NCBI GenBank assembly: GCA_963804355.1
Contig: CAWDQC010000030.1
Coordinates: forward strand, 33,396 to 97,395
DNA length: 64,000 bases
DNA from: an uncultured Pseudomonadota bacterium
Lineage (GTDB): Bacteria; Desulfobacterota; Binatia; Binatales; Binataceae
Reading direction: 5' to 3'
Made by a program: the position numbers and the translations under genes. This document shows positions 52,924-64,000 of the stretch, in pieces; within the stretch, counting starts at the first letter, position 1, and each line of letters opens with the position of its first letter. The notes under the pieces were generated by a model. It was given only the letters and a program-made list of their open reading frames with translations, had not been told where the DNA came from and made no database searches.

Positions 52924-54450
52924 ATGGCAGAAATTAGACCAGCGGAAATCAGCGACATCCTGCGCAATGAAATCAAGGGCTTCGAGGGCACGGTGGCGGT
53001 GCGTGAAACCGGCCGCGTGCTCTCGTGCGGCGACGGAATCGCGCGAATCTACGGGCTTCAGAACGCCGCCGCCGGCGAGCTGCTCGAATTCCCCCATTCC
53101 ATTTTCGGGATGGTGCTGAACCTGGAAGAGGACAACGTCGGCGCCGCGCTATTCGGCGATCCGCAGGCGATTAGCGAAGGGGACGAGGTCAAGCGTACCG
53201 GCCGTATCGCCGAGGTTCCCGTCGGCGACGCGCTGCTCGGCCGCGTGGTGAACGCGCTGGGCCAGCCGATCGACGACAAGGGACCGATCAAGGCTACGGA
53301 GACGCGGCGTATCGAGATCAAGGCGCCCGGTATCATCAAGCGCCAACCGGTCAAGGAATCGCTGCAGACCGGGATCAAGGCGATCGACTCGATGCTGCAG
53401 ATTGGGCGCGGTCAGCGCGAACTGATTATCGGCGATCGGCAGACCGGCAAAACCGCGATTGCGATCGACGCGATAATCAATCAGCGCGGGCAGAACGTAC
53501 AGTGCGTTTATGTTGCGATCGGGCAGAAACGTTCGACCGTCGCGCAAGTGGTGGAAAGGCTCAACCGCGCGGGCGCCCTCGAGTATACCACGGTGGTTGC
53601 CGCGACCGCGTCGGAATCGGCGCCCCTGCAATTTATCGCGCCGTTCTCGGGCTGCACGATTGGCGAATACTTCCGCGACAACGGGCGCAATGCGCTGCTG
53701 GTGTACGACGATTTGAGCAAGCACGCGACGGCCTATCGTCAGCTGTCGCTTTTGCTGCGCCGCCCGCCAGGCCGCGAAGCCTATCCTGGCGACGTCTTCT
53801 ATCTGCATTCGCGCCTGCTCGAACGCGCCGCGCGGATGTCCGATGAGTTCGGCGGCGGATCGTTGACTGCGCTGCCGATTATCGAAACCCAGGCCGGTGA
53901 CGTCTCCGCCTATATTCCGACCAACGTTATTTCGATTACCGACGGCCAGATCGTGCTGGACGCGGACCTTTTCTATTCGGGTATCCGGCCGGCCGTTAAC
54001 GTCGGCCTGTCGGTTTCGCGCGTCGGTTTCTCGGCCGCGGTCAAGGCGATGAAGCAGGTCGGCGGAACGTTGAAGCTCGACCTCGCGCAGTATCGCGAGA
54101 TGGCGGCGTTTGCGCAGTTCGGATCGGAACTGGACCCCGCCAGTCAGCGCCTGCTGCATCGCGGCGAGCGGCTCACCGAGATGCTCAAGCAGAACCAGTA
54201 CGAGCCGCTGTCGATGGAAAAGGAAGTACTGATTATCTTCGCGGCCAACGAAGGTTACTTCGACAAGCTCGAAATATCGCAAATCAAACCGTTTGAGCGC
54301 GACCTGTACACGTTTATCGACGCCAGGCACAAGAATTTGATCGACGATATTCGCGACAAGCGCGAGATCTCGGACGACACGCGCAAGGGTTTGATCGCAG
54401 CGCTCGACCAGTTCATGCAGACTTTCAGCCCGACGAATACGGCCAACTAG
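52924..54450 (+). CDS. atpA: F-type ATP synthase subunit alpha
   Basis: Walker [12 protein letters not shown]. Highly conserved throughout, e.g. ...[17 protein letters not shown]. Confidence 0.95.
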   Translation: MAEIRPAEISDILRNEIKGFEGTVAVRETGRVLSCGDGIARIYGLQNAAAGELLEFPHSIFGMVLNLEEDNVGAALFGDPQAISEGDEVKRTGRIAEVPVGDALLGRVVNALGQPIDDKGPIKATETRRIEIKAPGIIKRQPVKESLQTGIKAIDSMLQIGRGQRELIIGDRQTGKTAIAIDAIINQRGQNVQCVYVAIGQKRSTVAQVVERLNRAGALEYTTVVAATASESAPLQFIAPFSGCTIGEYFRDNGRNALLVYDDLSKHATAYRQLSLLLRRPPGREAYPGDVFYLHSRLLERAARMSDEFGGGSLTALPIIETQAGDVSAYIPTNVISITDGQIVLDADLFYSGIRPAVNVGLSVSRVGFSAAVKAMKQVGGTLKLDLAQYREMAAFAQFGSELDPASQRLLHRGERLTEMLKQNQYEPLSMEKEVLIIFAANEGYFDKLEISQIKPFERDLYTFIDARHKNLIDDIRDKREISDDTRKGLIAALDQFMQTFSPTNTAN

Positions 54451-54504
54451 GCGGCGTCGCGTACAAGGAAACAGAGCCGGCGCAGGTGGGCCGGCGTTTA
54501 AGGA

Positions 54505-55371
54505 ATGGCGACACTCAAGGCAATCCGGCGGCGTATCACGTCGGTCAAGTCGACCCAGCAAATCACGCGCGCCATGAAGCTGGTGGCGGCGTCGCGTTTG
54601 CGTCGCGCGCAGGACGCGCTGATTAACGCACGGCCCTATCACGAGGCATTGAAGCGCGTTGCCGATTCGCTGCTGATGTCGGCGCCGGACATGGTTACTC
54701 CGCGGGAGGATGCGCAGCGCACGACGCTGATCGTCGTGGTGGCCGCGGATCGCGGCCTGTGCGGCGGCTACAATTCCAATCTGCTGCGCATGGCGGAGGA
54801 ATCGGCGCGACGAGCGCGCGCGAATGGCACCGAGGTAAAGTTCTTTGCGGTGGGGCGCAAGGCGCTCGACCATTTGCGCCGGGCCAAGGAGCCGATCGAT
54901 GGCGAGCGCGTCAACAACGCGCCACGCCTGGCCACAGTCGGCCTGGCGCGCGAGATCGCCAGCAGAGTCCTCGCGGAATGGCGTGCGGGCGCGATTGTCG
55001 AAGCGGGCGTGGTTTACAACGCCTTTCGCTCCGCGATATCGCAGCGCCCGACCTACGAGAAGGTGTTGCCGGTCGAGCCGCCCGAAAACGCCGGAGAAGC
55101 CGCCGCGCCGACTGATTACCTGATCGAACCGAGTGCGGGCGAATTGGTTCCGGTGGTCTTGCGCAGCTACCTCGAAGCCACCATCCTGCATGCATTGTTG
55201 GAGGCGGAGGCGAGCGAGCATGGAGCGCGCATGACCGCGATGGACGCCGCGACCAATAATTCAGTCGAGATGATCTCAAAGCTAACACTTGAAATGAACC
55301 GAGCGCGCCAGGCGACGATTACGCGGGAATTGATGGATATCGTGGGTGGCGCCGAGGCTCTGCGCGGCTAA
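54505..55371 (+). CDS. atpG: F-type ATP synthase subunit gamma
   Basis: MATLKAIRRRITSVKSTQQITRAMKLVAASRLRRAQ...ITRELMDIVGGAEAL. Confidence 0.95.
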   Translation: MATLKAIRRRITSVKSTQQITRAMKLVAASRLRRAQDALINARPYHEALKRVADSLLMSAPDMVTPREDAQRTTLIVVVAADRGLCGGYNSNLLRMAEESARRARANGTEVKFFAVGRKALDHLRRAKEPIDGERVNNAPRLATVGLAREIASRVLAEWRAGAIVEAGVVYNAFRSAISQRPTYEKVLPVEPPENAGEAAAPTDYLIEPSAGELVPVVLRSYLEATILHALLEAEASEHGARMTAMDAATNNSVEMISKLTLEMNRARQATITRELMDIVGGAEALRG

Positions 55372-55410
55372 CGTTTCCCAACAGCTGATTTTTCAGGAAA
55401 ACCCTGCCCA

Positions 55411-56837
<1,427 letters not shown>

Positions 56838-56855
56838 CCCAAGGGACGCGTCACC

Positions 56856-57278
56856 ATGGCCGACACGTTTCCATTCACGCTGGTGACACCGACCGGTATC
56901 GTTTACGAGGGGCCGGTGGTGCAGGCCGTTGCGATCGGCGCTCTCGGCGAGTTCGGGGTCCTCGCGGGGCATACCAACTACATCACCGCGATCGAACCCG
57001 GGATGCTGACCCTGTACGTCGACGGCGGTGGAACGACCGAGTATCTGCTTTCCGGCGGGCTGGCCGAGGTGAAAGACGGGTCGATGACGATCCTGGCGCT
57101 CGACGCGCAGCCACCGGCCTCAGTGGACAGCACGGCGGCGGCGGCAGAGATCCCGGCGGCCGAAGCAAGGCTCGCGGAGGTCAATGCGTACGATGTGGGC
57201 TATGCCGAAGTCGAGCAGGAGCTGAAATTCGCGCGCGCCCGCACTGCTATCGAGCAACTCCACCGCGTCCACAATTGA
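56856..57278 (+). CDS. atpC: F-type ATP synthase subunit epsilon
   Basis: 140 aa directly after atpD: FTLVTPTGIVYEGPVVQAVAIGALGEFGVLAGHTNYITAIEPG. Confidence 0.85.
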   Translation: MADTFPFTLVTPTGIVYEGPVVQAVAIGALGEFGVLAGHTNYITAIEPGMLTLYVDGGGTTEYLLSGGLAEVKDGSMTILALDAQPPASVDSTAAAAEIPAAEARLAEVNAYDVGYAEVEQELKFARARTAIEQLHRVHN

Positions 57279-57341
57279 TATTCCCGCTTCGCGCCCGCGC
57301 AACCTAAGCGCAGCGAGGTGCCCTTCGATACCGGCGAGCGC

Positions 57342-58498
57342 TTAGCGGCGCTCGTCGAGGCCCATGCGGCGCGCGATAATCACCTTCATAATCTCGTTGG
57401 TGCCGGCATAAATCGATTGCACGGCCGCGTCGGCATAGTCGGTCGAGACCGCGAACTCGCGCATGAAGCCGTAACCGCCATGTAACTGAAGGCATTGGCT
57501 CGAGACGCGCTTCAGCAGGTCGGTGACCCACCACTTGGCCATGCTGACTTCGCTGACGATGTCGTCGCCCCGCACGTGAGCGGCCAGGCAACGATCGACG
57601 AAGGCCTGTCCGATTTCGACCTCGGTCTCCATCTCGGCGAGTTTGAACTGGGTATTTTGAAATTGGGCGATCGGCTGGCCGAAGGCGCGCCGCTGCTTGG
57701 TGTAGGCGATGGTATCGTCGAGGCATCGCCGCGCGCTCATCAACGAGCCGACCGCGGAGACCAGGCGCTCCTGCTGGAGCTTCTCCATCAGCATCTTGAA
57801 GCCCTGCCCTCCTTACCGAGGAGGTTGCCGGCGGGGACGCGACAATCCTCGAAGAAGAGCTCGCTGGTGTCCTGGCCCTGGAAGCCGAGCTTGTCGAGCT
57901 TGCGGCCGCGCACGAAGCCGGGTGAATCGCGATCGACCAGAATCAGGCTGACGCCGCGATGCGCGGGTTGAGCCTTGGGGTCGGTCTTGGCGACGACGAT
58001 TACGAGGTCGGCGATCTGGCCGTTGGAGATAAAAATCTTCGAACCGTTGATGACGTAGCCGTCACCCTCGCGCCGCGCCGTGGTCTGGACGGCGGCGAGA
58101 TCGGAACCGGTGCCCGGCTCGGTCATGGCGATGGCGAGGATGAGTTCGCCGCTAATCGCGCCCGGCACATAGCGTCGCTTCTGCTCGGCGGAGCCGTAGG
58201 CGGTCAGGTAGGGCAGGCAGATATCCGAATGAAGCGCCATCATCAGGCCGTGAGCGCGGACGCGCGACATCTCCTCGATAACGATCGCGTCGTAGAGGAA
58301 ATCGGCGCCGCCGCCGCCGTACTCGGCCGGAGCGTTGGCGCCCAGAAAACCGGCTGCGCCGAGCTTGCGCCAGCTTTCGCGATCGCTCATCCCGGCCTGA
58401 TTCCATTGCGGGACCTTGGGAACGATCTCGTTCTCGACGAAGCGGCGCACCTGCGCCCGAAACATCTCGTGTTCTTCAGTGAAAAGTTCTCGGCGCAT
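57342..58498 (-). CDS. acyl-CoA dehydrogenase, one frameshift near 57806
   Basis: ...MTEPGTGSDLAAVQTTARREGDGYVINGSKIFISNG...GNLLGKEG / QGFKMLMEKLQQERL...QLHGGYGFMREF...IYAGTNEIMKVIIAR. Confidence 0.85.
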
Positions 58499-58710
58499 CG
58501 CGCTCTCCTGCTTTGGCGGACCTGATTGCCGTAACCCCTCCCGGAACGAGCCGGAGCCGGCCTCGGATCGCGAAGCTTATTGTATTACTGCGCCGAGCCG
58601 CAATCCGCACGTCCAGCATGGGTTTGCGCGGTCGAGGTGAAGTCGGTTAGGAACGAGGTGGCGATACCCGACTGACGACACGAATGTCAGCCGCATGAAA
58701 GGTGTATTCG

Positions 58711-59682
58711 ATGAAAGCTGTTCAATTTGACCGCATCGGCGGACCCGAGGTGATGGAGTTTCGCGAGAATGTGCCCAAACCGGAACTGCAGCCGGGTACC
58801 GTGATCGTCAGGAACAAGTAATCGCGATTAACTTCGGCGATATCTTCTTCACGCGCAACGAATACCTGGTGAAGCCGGTTCTGCCCGATATTCCCGGGAT
58901 GGAGGGGTCGGGCATCGTCGACGAGGTCGCGCCGGACGTGAAGGGGCTCAAGCCGGGGATGCGCGTCGGCTATATCGGGATGGGTTCCTATGCGGAATAC
59001 ACGCGAATACGCGAAAGCCGCGCGATTCCGCTGCCCGAATCGATGAGTTTCGAGGAAGGCGCGGCGTTTCCAATCGCGGTGGTGACCGCCTGGCACATGA
59101 TCCATACGTGCAACCACACGACCGCCGGACAGACCGTGATTCGTGCATTCCGCTGCCGGCGGCGTCGGGCTCGCGGCGGTCCAGATCGCAAAAGCCGCTG
59201 GCACACGCGTGATCGGCACGGTCTCGAGCAACGACAAGATCGAACTCGTACGGGAATTCGGCGCCGACGAAGTGATCAACTATGAAACCCAGGACTTTGC
59301 CGCCGAGGCGATGCGGTTGACGGACGGGCGCGGCGTCGACCTGATCCTCGACGCGGTGGGTAAGCCGACCTTCGAGAAGGGTCTCGGATGCCTCGCGCCA
59401 TTCGGGCATCTGATTCTCTATGGACGCGCCGGCGGCGTACCGGACAAGCTCGACGTGCAGCGGCTATTCGCCAAGGCGATCAAGGTCAGTGGATGGGCGG
59501 TGCCGATGGTGTATCGCATCCACGACGTTCATCGGCGGGGCGTCGAGGACGTCTTCCGGTTGGCGCGTGAAGGCAAGCTCAAGATTCCGGTCGGTCGGAG
59601 CTTCCCGCTGTCGGAAGCCGTCGCGGCGCATCAATTTTTGTTGTCGCGGAAATCGACCGGCAAGTTACTGCTGATCCCGTAA
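58711..59682 (+). CDS. NADPH:quinone oxidoreductase / zeta-crystallin-like MDR, two frameshifts (~58818, ~59140)
   Basis: MKAVQFDRIGGPEVMEFRE...VIVRNK / VIAINFGDIFF...PDIPGMEGSGIV...GQTVI / VHSAAGGVGLAAVQIAKAAG...KSTGKLLLIP*. Confidence 0.8.
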
Positions 59683-59752
59683 GCGATCGCCAAGTGTGCC
59701 GGCGCCGACGTGTGGATCGACGCCGGGCAGATACGCAATCGTTGCGACGGCC

Positions 59753-60588
59753 CTAGTTAGCCGTCCATGCCATCACGCCGGTGCCGGTTGCCCATTGCCG
59801 GATCGGCTCGTATGCGAGAACGCGCGGCTTGAGCTGAGACGGCATCGCGCCGGCGACGGCCAGCCAATCCCGAATTTCCTGGCCGCCGTTGCCCGCCACT
59901 TTTTCCAGCTCGTCCGAGCGCGGGTACTTCGCAGCTATTTCCGCGCTGCGGCCCGCGAGAAGTGAATCGAGAAACCAGTGATCGAATTCCTCGTTGATCG
60001 TGCCGGTTTCGGGCGGTCCGACCCAATGCGACAGTCCACCGGTGCCGATCACGGCGACACGCTTGCCGGGATCCCATTGTTCGATCACGCCGCGAACGAA
60101 CGCGCCTACGTCGAAGCATCGTTTGAGACTCGGCATCGGCGCCGCGAAGGCGTTGACGACAATCGGAACGATAGGAATTTCGAATCCCGGGGTTATGAAG
60201 GAAAGCGGGACGATCTCGGCGTGATCGAGGCCCAACTCCAGCGAGTAGGCGAAGTCGACGCCGCGGTCCATCCCCTCGGTCACGATCAGCCGGCCTAGTT
60301 CGGGTACGAGGTTGACCTTCACCTTGGGTAAACGCAGCCATTCGTTGACGGGCCCTCGGAGACCTCGCCTATTCCGACGAGGAATGCCGGCAAGTTGTCG
60401 TAAAAGCAGCGGTCAAAATGGTCGGTCGAGAAGATAACGATCGCGTCGGGACGCGACGCCGCAATGATTTCGCGCGCGTCAGCCAGCCCAGCCATCACGC
60501 GTCCACGCTGCTCCTCGTTGGCCGACTGCGGATGCGTCGCCATCAGCGGAACATGCGAAGTAGCGATACCTGCAACGATTTGAGCCAT
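59753..60588 (-). CDS. ligB: class III extradiol ring-cleavage dioxygenase, LigB (catalytic) subunit, one frameshift at the G run 60350-60352
   Basis: MAQIVAGIATSHVPLM...IVIFSTDHFD...GIGEVSEGP / VNEWLRLPKVKVNLVPELG...GTGGLSHW. Substrate not assignable from sequence alone. Confidence 0.75.
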
Positions 60589-60592
60589 TGGC

Positions 60593-60860
60593 TTAAACCT
60601 CGGTTGGGCTTTGTTTGCGCAAAGCGGTTACGTAGTCGCGGATATTCGTGCCCATCGCCATCGAGGAGGTTAACAGCAGCAGGGGATTGGCGCCGAGGTC
60701 GTAGAGCCTGCGCAACTCCCATTGGACGACGGCCTCTTTTTCCGCGGTGGTAAGATTCATAATCCGCGAGCAGGGTCGGCAATTCCGTACGGCAACGCCG
60801 GGCGGTTTCGGCGCTACGGCTGATATCGCGCATCAGCCGGTTGAGATGATATTGACTCAT
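60593..60860 (-). CDS. ligA: LigA-type small subunit of the extradiol dioxygenase, one frameshift near 60755
   Basis: MSQYHLNRLMRDISRSAETARR... / LTTAEKEAVVQWELRRLYDLGANPLLLLTSSMAMGTNIRDYVTALRKQSPTEV*. The stop lies 4 nt before the ligB ATG. Confidence 0.65.
60838..60860. repeat. 23-nt exact direct repeat, copy 1 (covers the ligA start codon plus 20 nt)
   Basis: CGGTTGAGATGATATTGACTCAT on the plus strand, identical to 61778..61800. Flanking bases differ on both sides. Confidence 0.9.
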
Positions 60861-61777
60861 CGAATTCCTTCCAATTTCTTCAATGAAATCAAAGGTTTAA
60901 GTCTTAGAGGCGTCAATACCGTCGTCTCTGGATGGTGTCTTATCGGCACCCGGAGACAGAAGTAAGGATCAAGCGTCGGCAGCGCCTCATCTGCCCCATA
61001 TAGCAGGCTCGCCCACAATGTGGGAGATCCCAGCCGACGGAGAATTGAGCCAACCACACCGGCGGCAACCTGTGGATAAACCCTTACGGATTGTGAGTGG
61101 AGGAACGTGCGTATGCCGCAGGTGTATACCACTTGTGAGGTTGTACGGCTTGCTCATAGTTTTATTGGGGTGAGCCTAGTGATGTAAGCCGCAAAGGAGC
61201 AGCGTCTGCAAATTTAATTAGTCGGCCCGACAGGGAAATCGAGCCTTGGAGAGCCATGAAATCAAACCTTAGTAGAATCTGGCGATTCTTCGCGCCGATT
61301 TTAGCGAAAATCGCCATTAACTTTGGTGACCGTCTAATCGACTACTTGTTTCGGCGATAAGTTATACTCCCGGCGCTCGGCGCTTCGCCAGCATCGAAAT
61401 CATCGGGACCGTTAAAACACTACTGCTGGCAATGGTGCTGGCAATGGTGCTGGCGGTGGTCTCGGCAGCTTGCCGATCATGTGATGCTGCGCGGCGCGTA
61501 TCCCTATCCCGGACCCGCGATCTACCCGGTCGAACGCAAGATCGTTGTGCCGTTCGGGCCGTATGCGCAGTTACGCCTTCATCACGATGGCGTTGCTCTC
61601 TTGGAACTGTGTGCTTTGGATGCTGAGATTGCGCATCGATCTGCTCCCTGAGCGTGAGCATCAGACTAATCTACGAACTTGATTTCTATTGTCGGTGCGA
61701 CCGCGACCTGCGTCGTCGGCGGTACGGCGGGACAACGACTTGTTGGCTTGGTACGAGCGTCGGTAGCGTTTCCAGGG

Positions 61778-61800
61778 CGGTTGAGATGATATTGACTCAT
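61778..61800. repeat. 23-nt exact direct repeat, copy 2
   Basis: CGGTTGAGATGATATTGACTCAT, 940 bp from copy 1. On the minus strand it reads ATGAGTCAATATCATCTCAACCG and is preceded by GGGGGTGAGCGA (RBS-like). Confidence 0.9.
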
Positions 61801-61973
61801 TCGCTCACCCCCGTAACTTCGCACGGATCACGATCATTCTTTAAAGCCGCCGATCGGTTTTTCGAAGCCCGAGTCGCGCCGATGCTCCCGGCGCCTCACG
61901 TTGGTACCGGCAAGAGCATGTTCGCATTAACCACGGTGTGCTACTCCAAGTCTGATACAAGGAGCAAATTGGT

Positions 61974-62366
61974 ATGGGAGCTGCCGAAAACAAGAAAATT
62001 GTGCAGGATATGATGGCGGCCTGGATTCGCGGCCAGGGTGGATTTCTCGATCTGCTGGCCGACGATGTCCATTGGACGGTCATCGGGAGTACCGCCGTAT
62101 CGCGCACTTACACCAGCAAACAGGCGTTCGTCGACGGCGCCGTCAAGCCGCTTGGCGAGAAGATTGCCGGCGCGATCCAGCCTACGTTGCGGGACATCAT
62201 CGCGGACGGCGATAAGGTCGCCTTGCAGTGGGATGGCCGCGCCGCCGGCAAAAACGGAACGATCTACCATCAAACCTATTGCTGGGTAATGAGAATTGAG
62301 GATGGCAAGGTCAAGGAAGGCACCGCTTATCTCGATACCGAGCTGATTACCCAACTGTTCAACTGA
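61974..62366 (+). CDS. SnoaL-like / NTF2-fold protein
   Basis: 130 aa, MGAAENKKIVQDMMAAWIRGQ...DDVHWTVIGS...YCWVMRIEDGKVKEGTAYLD. RBS AAGGAG upstream. Confidence 0.7.
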   Translation: MGAAENKKIVQDMMAAWIRGQGGFLDLLADDVHWTVIGSTAVSRTYTSKQAFVDGAVKPLGEKIAGAIQPTLRDIIADGDKVALQWDGRAAGKNGTIYHQTYCWVMRIEDGKVKEGTAYLDTELITQLFN

Positions 62367-62505
62367 GAGAATGAGCGAAGTGGACCGCGGCGAGCCCGCG
62401 CGATTATAGTAAATCGCCGCGCGACCCGATGATCACGCGATCGCGTTCGGTGTCCGCCGGCGAAACACCGCGAGGCCGTGTGCTTTCCAATATCCGCGCG
62501 AGGAG

Positions 62506-63777
62506 ATGAGACCAACGATGAGTTCAGAGCTGATGAAGGGTTTCCGGATGCTCGACCTCACCGACGAGAAGGGCGCGCTCTGCGGCAAGATTTTTGCCGA
62601 TATGGGCGCGGACGTGATTAAGGTCGAGCCGCCCCAGGGATGCTCCACGCGTCGAATTCCGCCCTTCCTCGAAGATATTCCCGGCCCTGACCGCAGCCTC
62701 TACGCGCTCGCCTATCACGCCGGCAAACGTTCCGTGACGCTCAACCTCGATGTTCCCGACGGGCGCAAATTGCTGGCTGAACTGGTCAAGCGGTCGGACT
62801 TCATCGTCGAAGCGTTTCCGCTCGGCTACCTGGATTCGATCGGGCTCGGTTACGACAAGATGGCCGAGCTGAATCCAAGGATCATTCACGCTTCGATTAC
62901 TCCCTTCGGCGACACCGGCCCGGCGAAGAATTACAAGGCGCCTGACATCGTATCGTGGGCCTCGGGCGGGATGATGTTCCTGATGGGCCAGGAGGGTCGC
63001 CCACCGCTCGAAATGAGCCAGCCGCAGGCAGGGCTTCATGCGGGCGGAGAGGCGGCGGTGGCTTCGATGATCGCGCATTATCCGCGTGAGATCGAAGGGC
63101 TCGGGCAACATATCGTCATCGATATGCAAGCCTGCGTGGTGTGGACGCTGATGAACGAGCAGGCGATGCCGCTGCTGCATGGCGATTATCTGCGGCGCAG
63201 CGGAGTTTTCACCGGCGCGATCGGCGGTCGCCGCAAGACCGTCTTCCAATGCAAGGACGGTTTCGTATCGGGACTGCTGGCCGGGGGCGCTTATCTGCCG
63301 TCGACCAACGCGATCATTGCCTGGATGAAGGAGGAAGGCGCCGCGCCGGACTGGCTGACCAAGGAAGGCGGTCTCAAGTCTCTCACCCCCGCCGGCTTCA
63401 TGAATGCGAACCCGGAAGACCTGAAAGAGCTCGATCGGGCGGAAGAATTGGTCGAGCGCTTCCTGATGACCAAGACCAAGCGCGAGGCGTGGCAAAATAT
63501 CCTCAAGCGGCGCATCCTCGCAGCCCCGGTCGCGACTGCCGCCGATATTGCCAGCGACCCCCAGCTCAAGAGCCGCGAGTATTTCGTCGAGGTGGAGCAT
63601 CCGGGCCTCGGCCGCAAACTCACGCTCCCGGGCGCGTTCGCCAAGATGAGCGCAACCCCGATCGGGCCGAGCGGGCCAGCCCCGCAGGTTGGCGAACACA
63701 ATCGCGATGTCTATTGCGGAATGTTGGCGATGAGCCCGGATCAGCTGGCCGAGATGAGTGCGGCGGGCACGATCTAG
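62506..63777 (+). CDS. CaiB/BaiF family III CoA-transferase
   Basis: MKGFRMLDLTDEKGALCGKIFADMGADVIKVEPPQG... The start could instead be ATG 62518. Confidence 0.85.
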   Translation: MRPTMSSELMKGFRMLDLTDEKGALCGKIFADMGADVIKVEPPQGCSTRRIPPFLEDIPGPDRSLYALAYHAGKRSVTLNLDVPDGRKLLAELVKRSDFIVEAFPLGYLDSIGLGYDKMAELNPRIIHASITPFGDTGPAKNYKAPDIVSWASGGMMFLMGQEGRPPLEMSQPQAGLHAGGEAAVASMIAHYPREIEGLGQHIVIDMQACVVWTLMNEQAMPLLHGDYLRRSGVFTGAIGGRRKTVFQCKDGFVSGLLAGGAYLPSTNAIIAWMKEEGAAPDWLTKEGGLKSLTPAGFMNANPEDLKELDRAEELVERFLMTKTKREAWQNILKRRILAAPVATAADIASDPQLKSREYFVEVEHPGLGRKLTLPGAFAKMSATPIGPSGPAPQVGEHNRDVYCGMLAMSPDQLAEMSAAGTI

Positions 63778-63795
63778 ACAAGGGAGAGTCTGCCG

Positions 63796-64000
63796 ATGAG
63801 ACGGTACGCATTCGAGGGAATACACGTTCTCGATTTCACCTGGTACGGTGTCGGGCCGGTCACCATCAAGTACCTTGCGGACAATGGTGCGGACGTCATC
63901 CGTGTCGAGTCTGCGATGCGACCCGACGGATTGCGCCTTGCGCCGCCATGGAAAGACGGCAAGCCGGGTATCGACAACAGCCAGTTCTTCGCCAGCTATA
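63796..64000 (+). CDS. CaiB/BaiF family III CoA-transferase (N-terminal part; runs off the window)
   Basis: My reading from ATG 63796 is MRRYAFEGIHVLDFTWYGVGPVTIKYLADNGADVIRVES... RBS AGGGAGAG upstream. There is no stop before base 64000. Confidence 0.75.
   Translation, partial: MRRYAFEGIHVLDFTWYGVGPVTIKYLADNGADVIRVESAMRPDGLRLAPPWKDGKPGIDNSQFFASY

Noticed and set aside
53149-55221. A 690-aa minus-strand ORF and similar long ORFs elsewhere: 373..1071 (+), 12515..13747 (-), 19676..20653 (-), 21967..22836 (-), 30292..31113 (-), 34295..35605 (-), 55368..56972 (-), 62524..63825 (-)
   Set aside because: Each lies antisense to a gene with unmistakable conserved motifs (atpA/atpG, macB, hslU, argB, lysA, amidohydrolase, atpD, CoA-transferase). 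Their products are Arg/Gly/Ala-rich and low-complexity with no motifs. They are shadow ORFs expected in GC-rich DNA.
60857-61132. A 91-aa minus-strand ORF and the 99-aa ORF 61362..61661 (-) in the ligA-upstream segment
   Set aside because: Their composition is not protein-like (Arg/Thr/Ser runs, for example ...TASTIASTIASSS from the 12-nt tandem repeat). They have no RBS and no motif.

Overview
GC-rich bacterial chromosomal window, almost fully coding and dominated by core-metabolism operons. Left to right: a minus-strand block (SAM methyltransferase, Tat-exported multicopper oxidase, AcpA-type phosphoesterase, family-B DNA polymerase); rpoD; a CoA-transferase; a MacA/MacB-type efflux pair; Zn-ribbon ORF-glmU-glmS; xerC-hslV-hslU; an arginine+lysine biosynthesis supercluster (argB-amidase-argD-argF-argG-argH-lipoprotein-lysA-dapF-dapA); an SDR; tandem paralog pairs of amidohydrolase-2 and Zn-alcohol-dehydrogenase genes; a DipZ-like redoxin divergent from trxA; cvpA; asnS; a ~1 kb gene-free stretch plus an orphan ORF; rpsU; an SDR; padR; GNAT-miaB; a PPOX-family protein; bactofilin; an F1Fo ATP synthase operon lacking a/c subunit genes (b'-b-delta-alpha-gamma-beta-epsilon); and an acyl-CoA/ring-cleavage cluster (ACAD, quinone oxidoreductase, LigAB extradiol dioxygenase, SnoaL-like protein, two CoA-transferases). 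I saw no rRNA, tRNA, CRISPR, transposase or phage genes. The dominant oddity is technical. By my hand count, about three dozen single-base frameshifts split otherwise well-conserved genes, including essential ones (glmS, glmU, argG, asnS, atpD, atpH, trxA, miaB). Many sit at short homopolymers, which points to consensus errors rather than biology. I found no convincing new multi-gene system. The best leads are: (i) an exact 23-nt duplication of the ligA 5' end bracketing a ~0.9 kb lower-GC segment with small membrane-peptide-like ORFs; (ii) a ~1 kb gene-free region plus an orphan ORF after asnS; (iii) a frameshift hot spot in the tandem paralog block; (iv) several small Cys4 zinc-ribbon ORFs embedded in housekeeping operons. 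Long antisense ORFs in the supplied track are shadow ORFs typical of GC-rich DNA.
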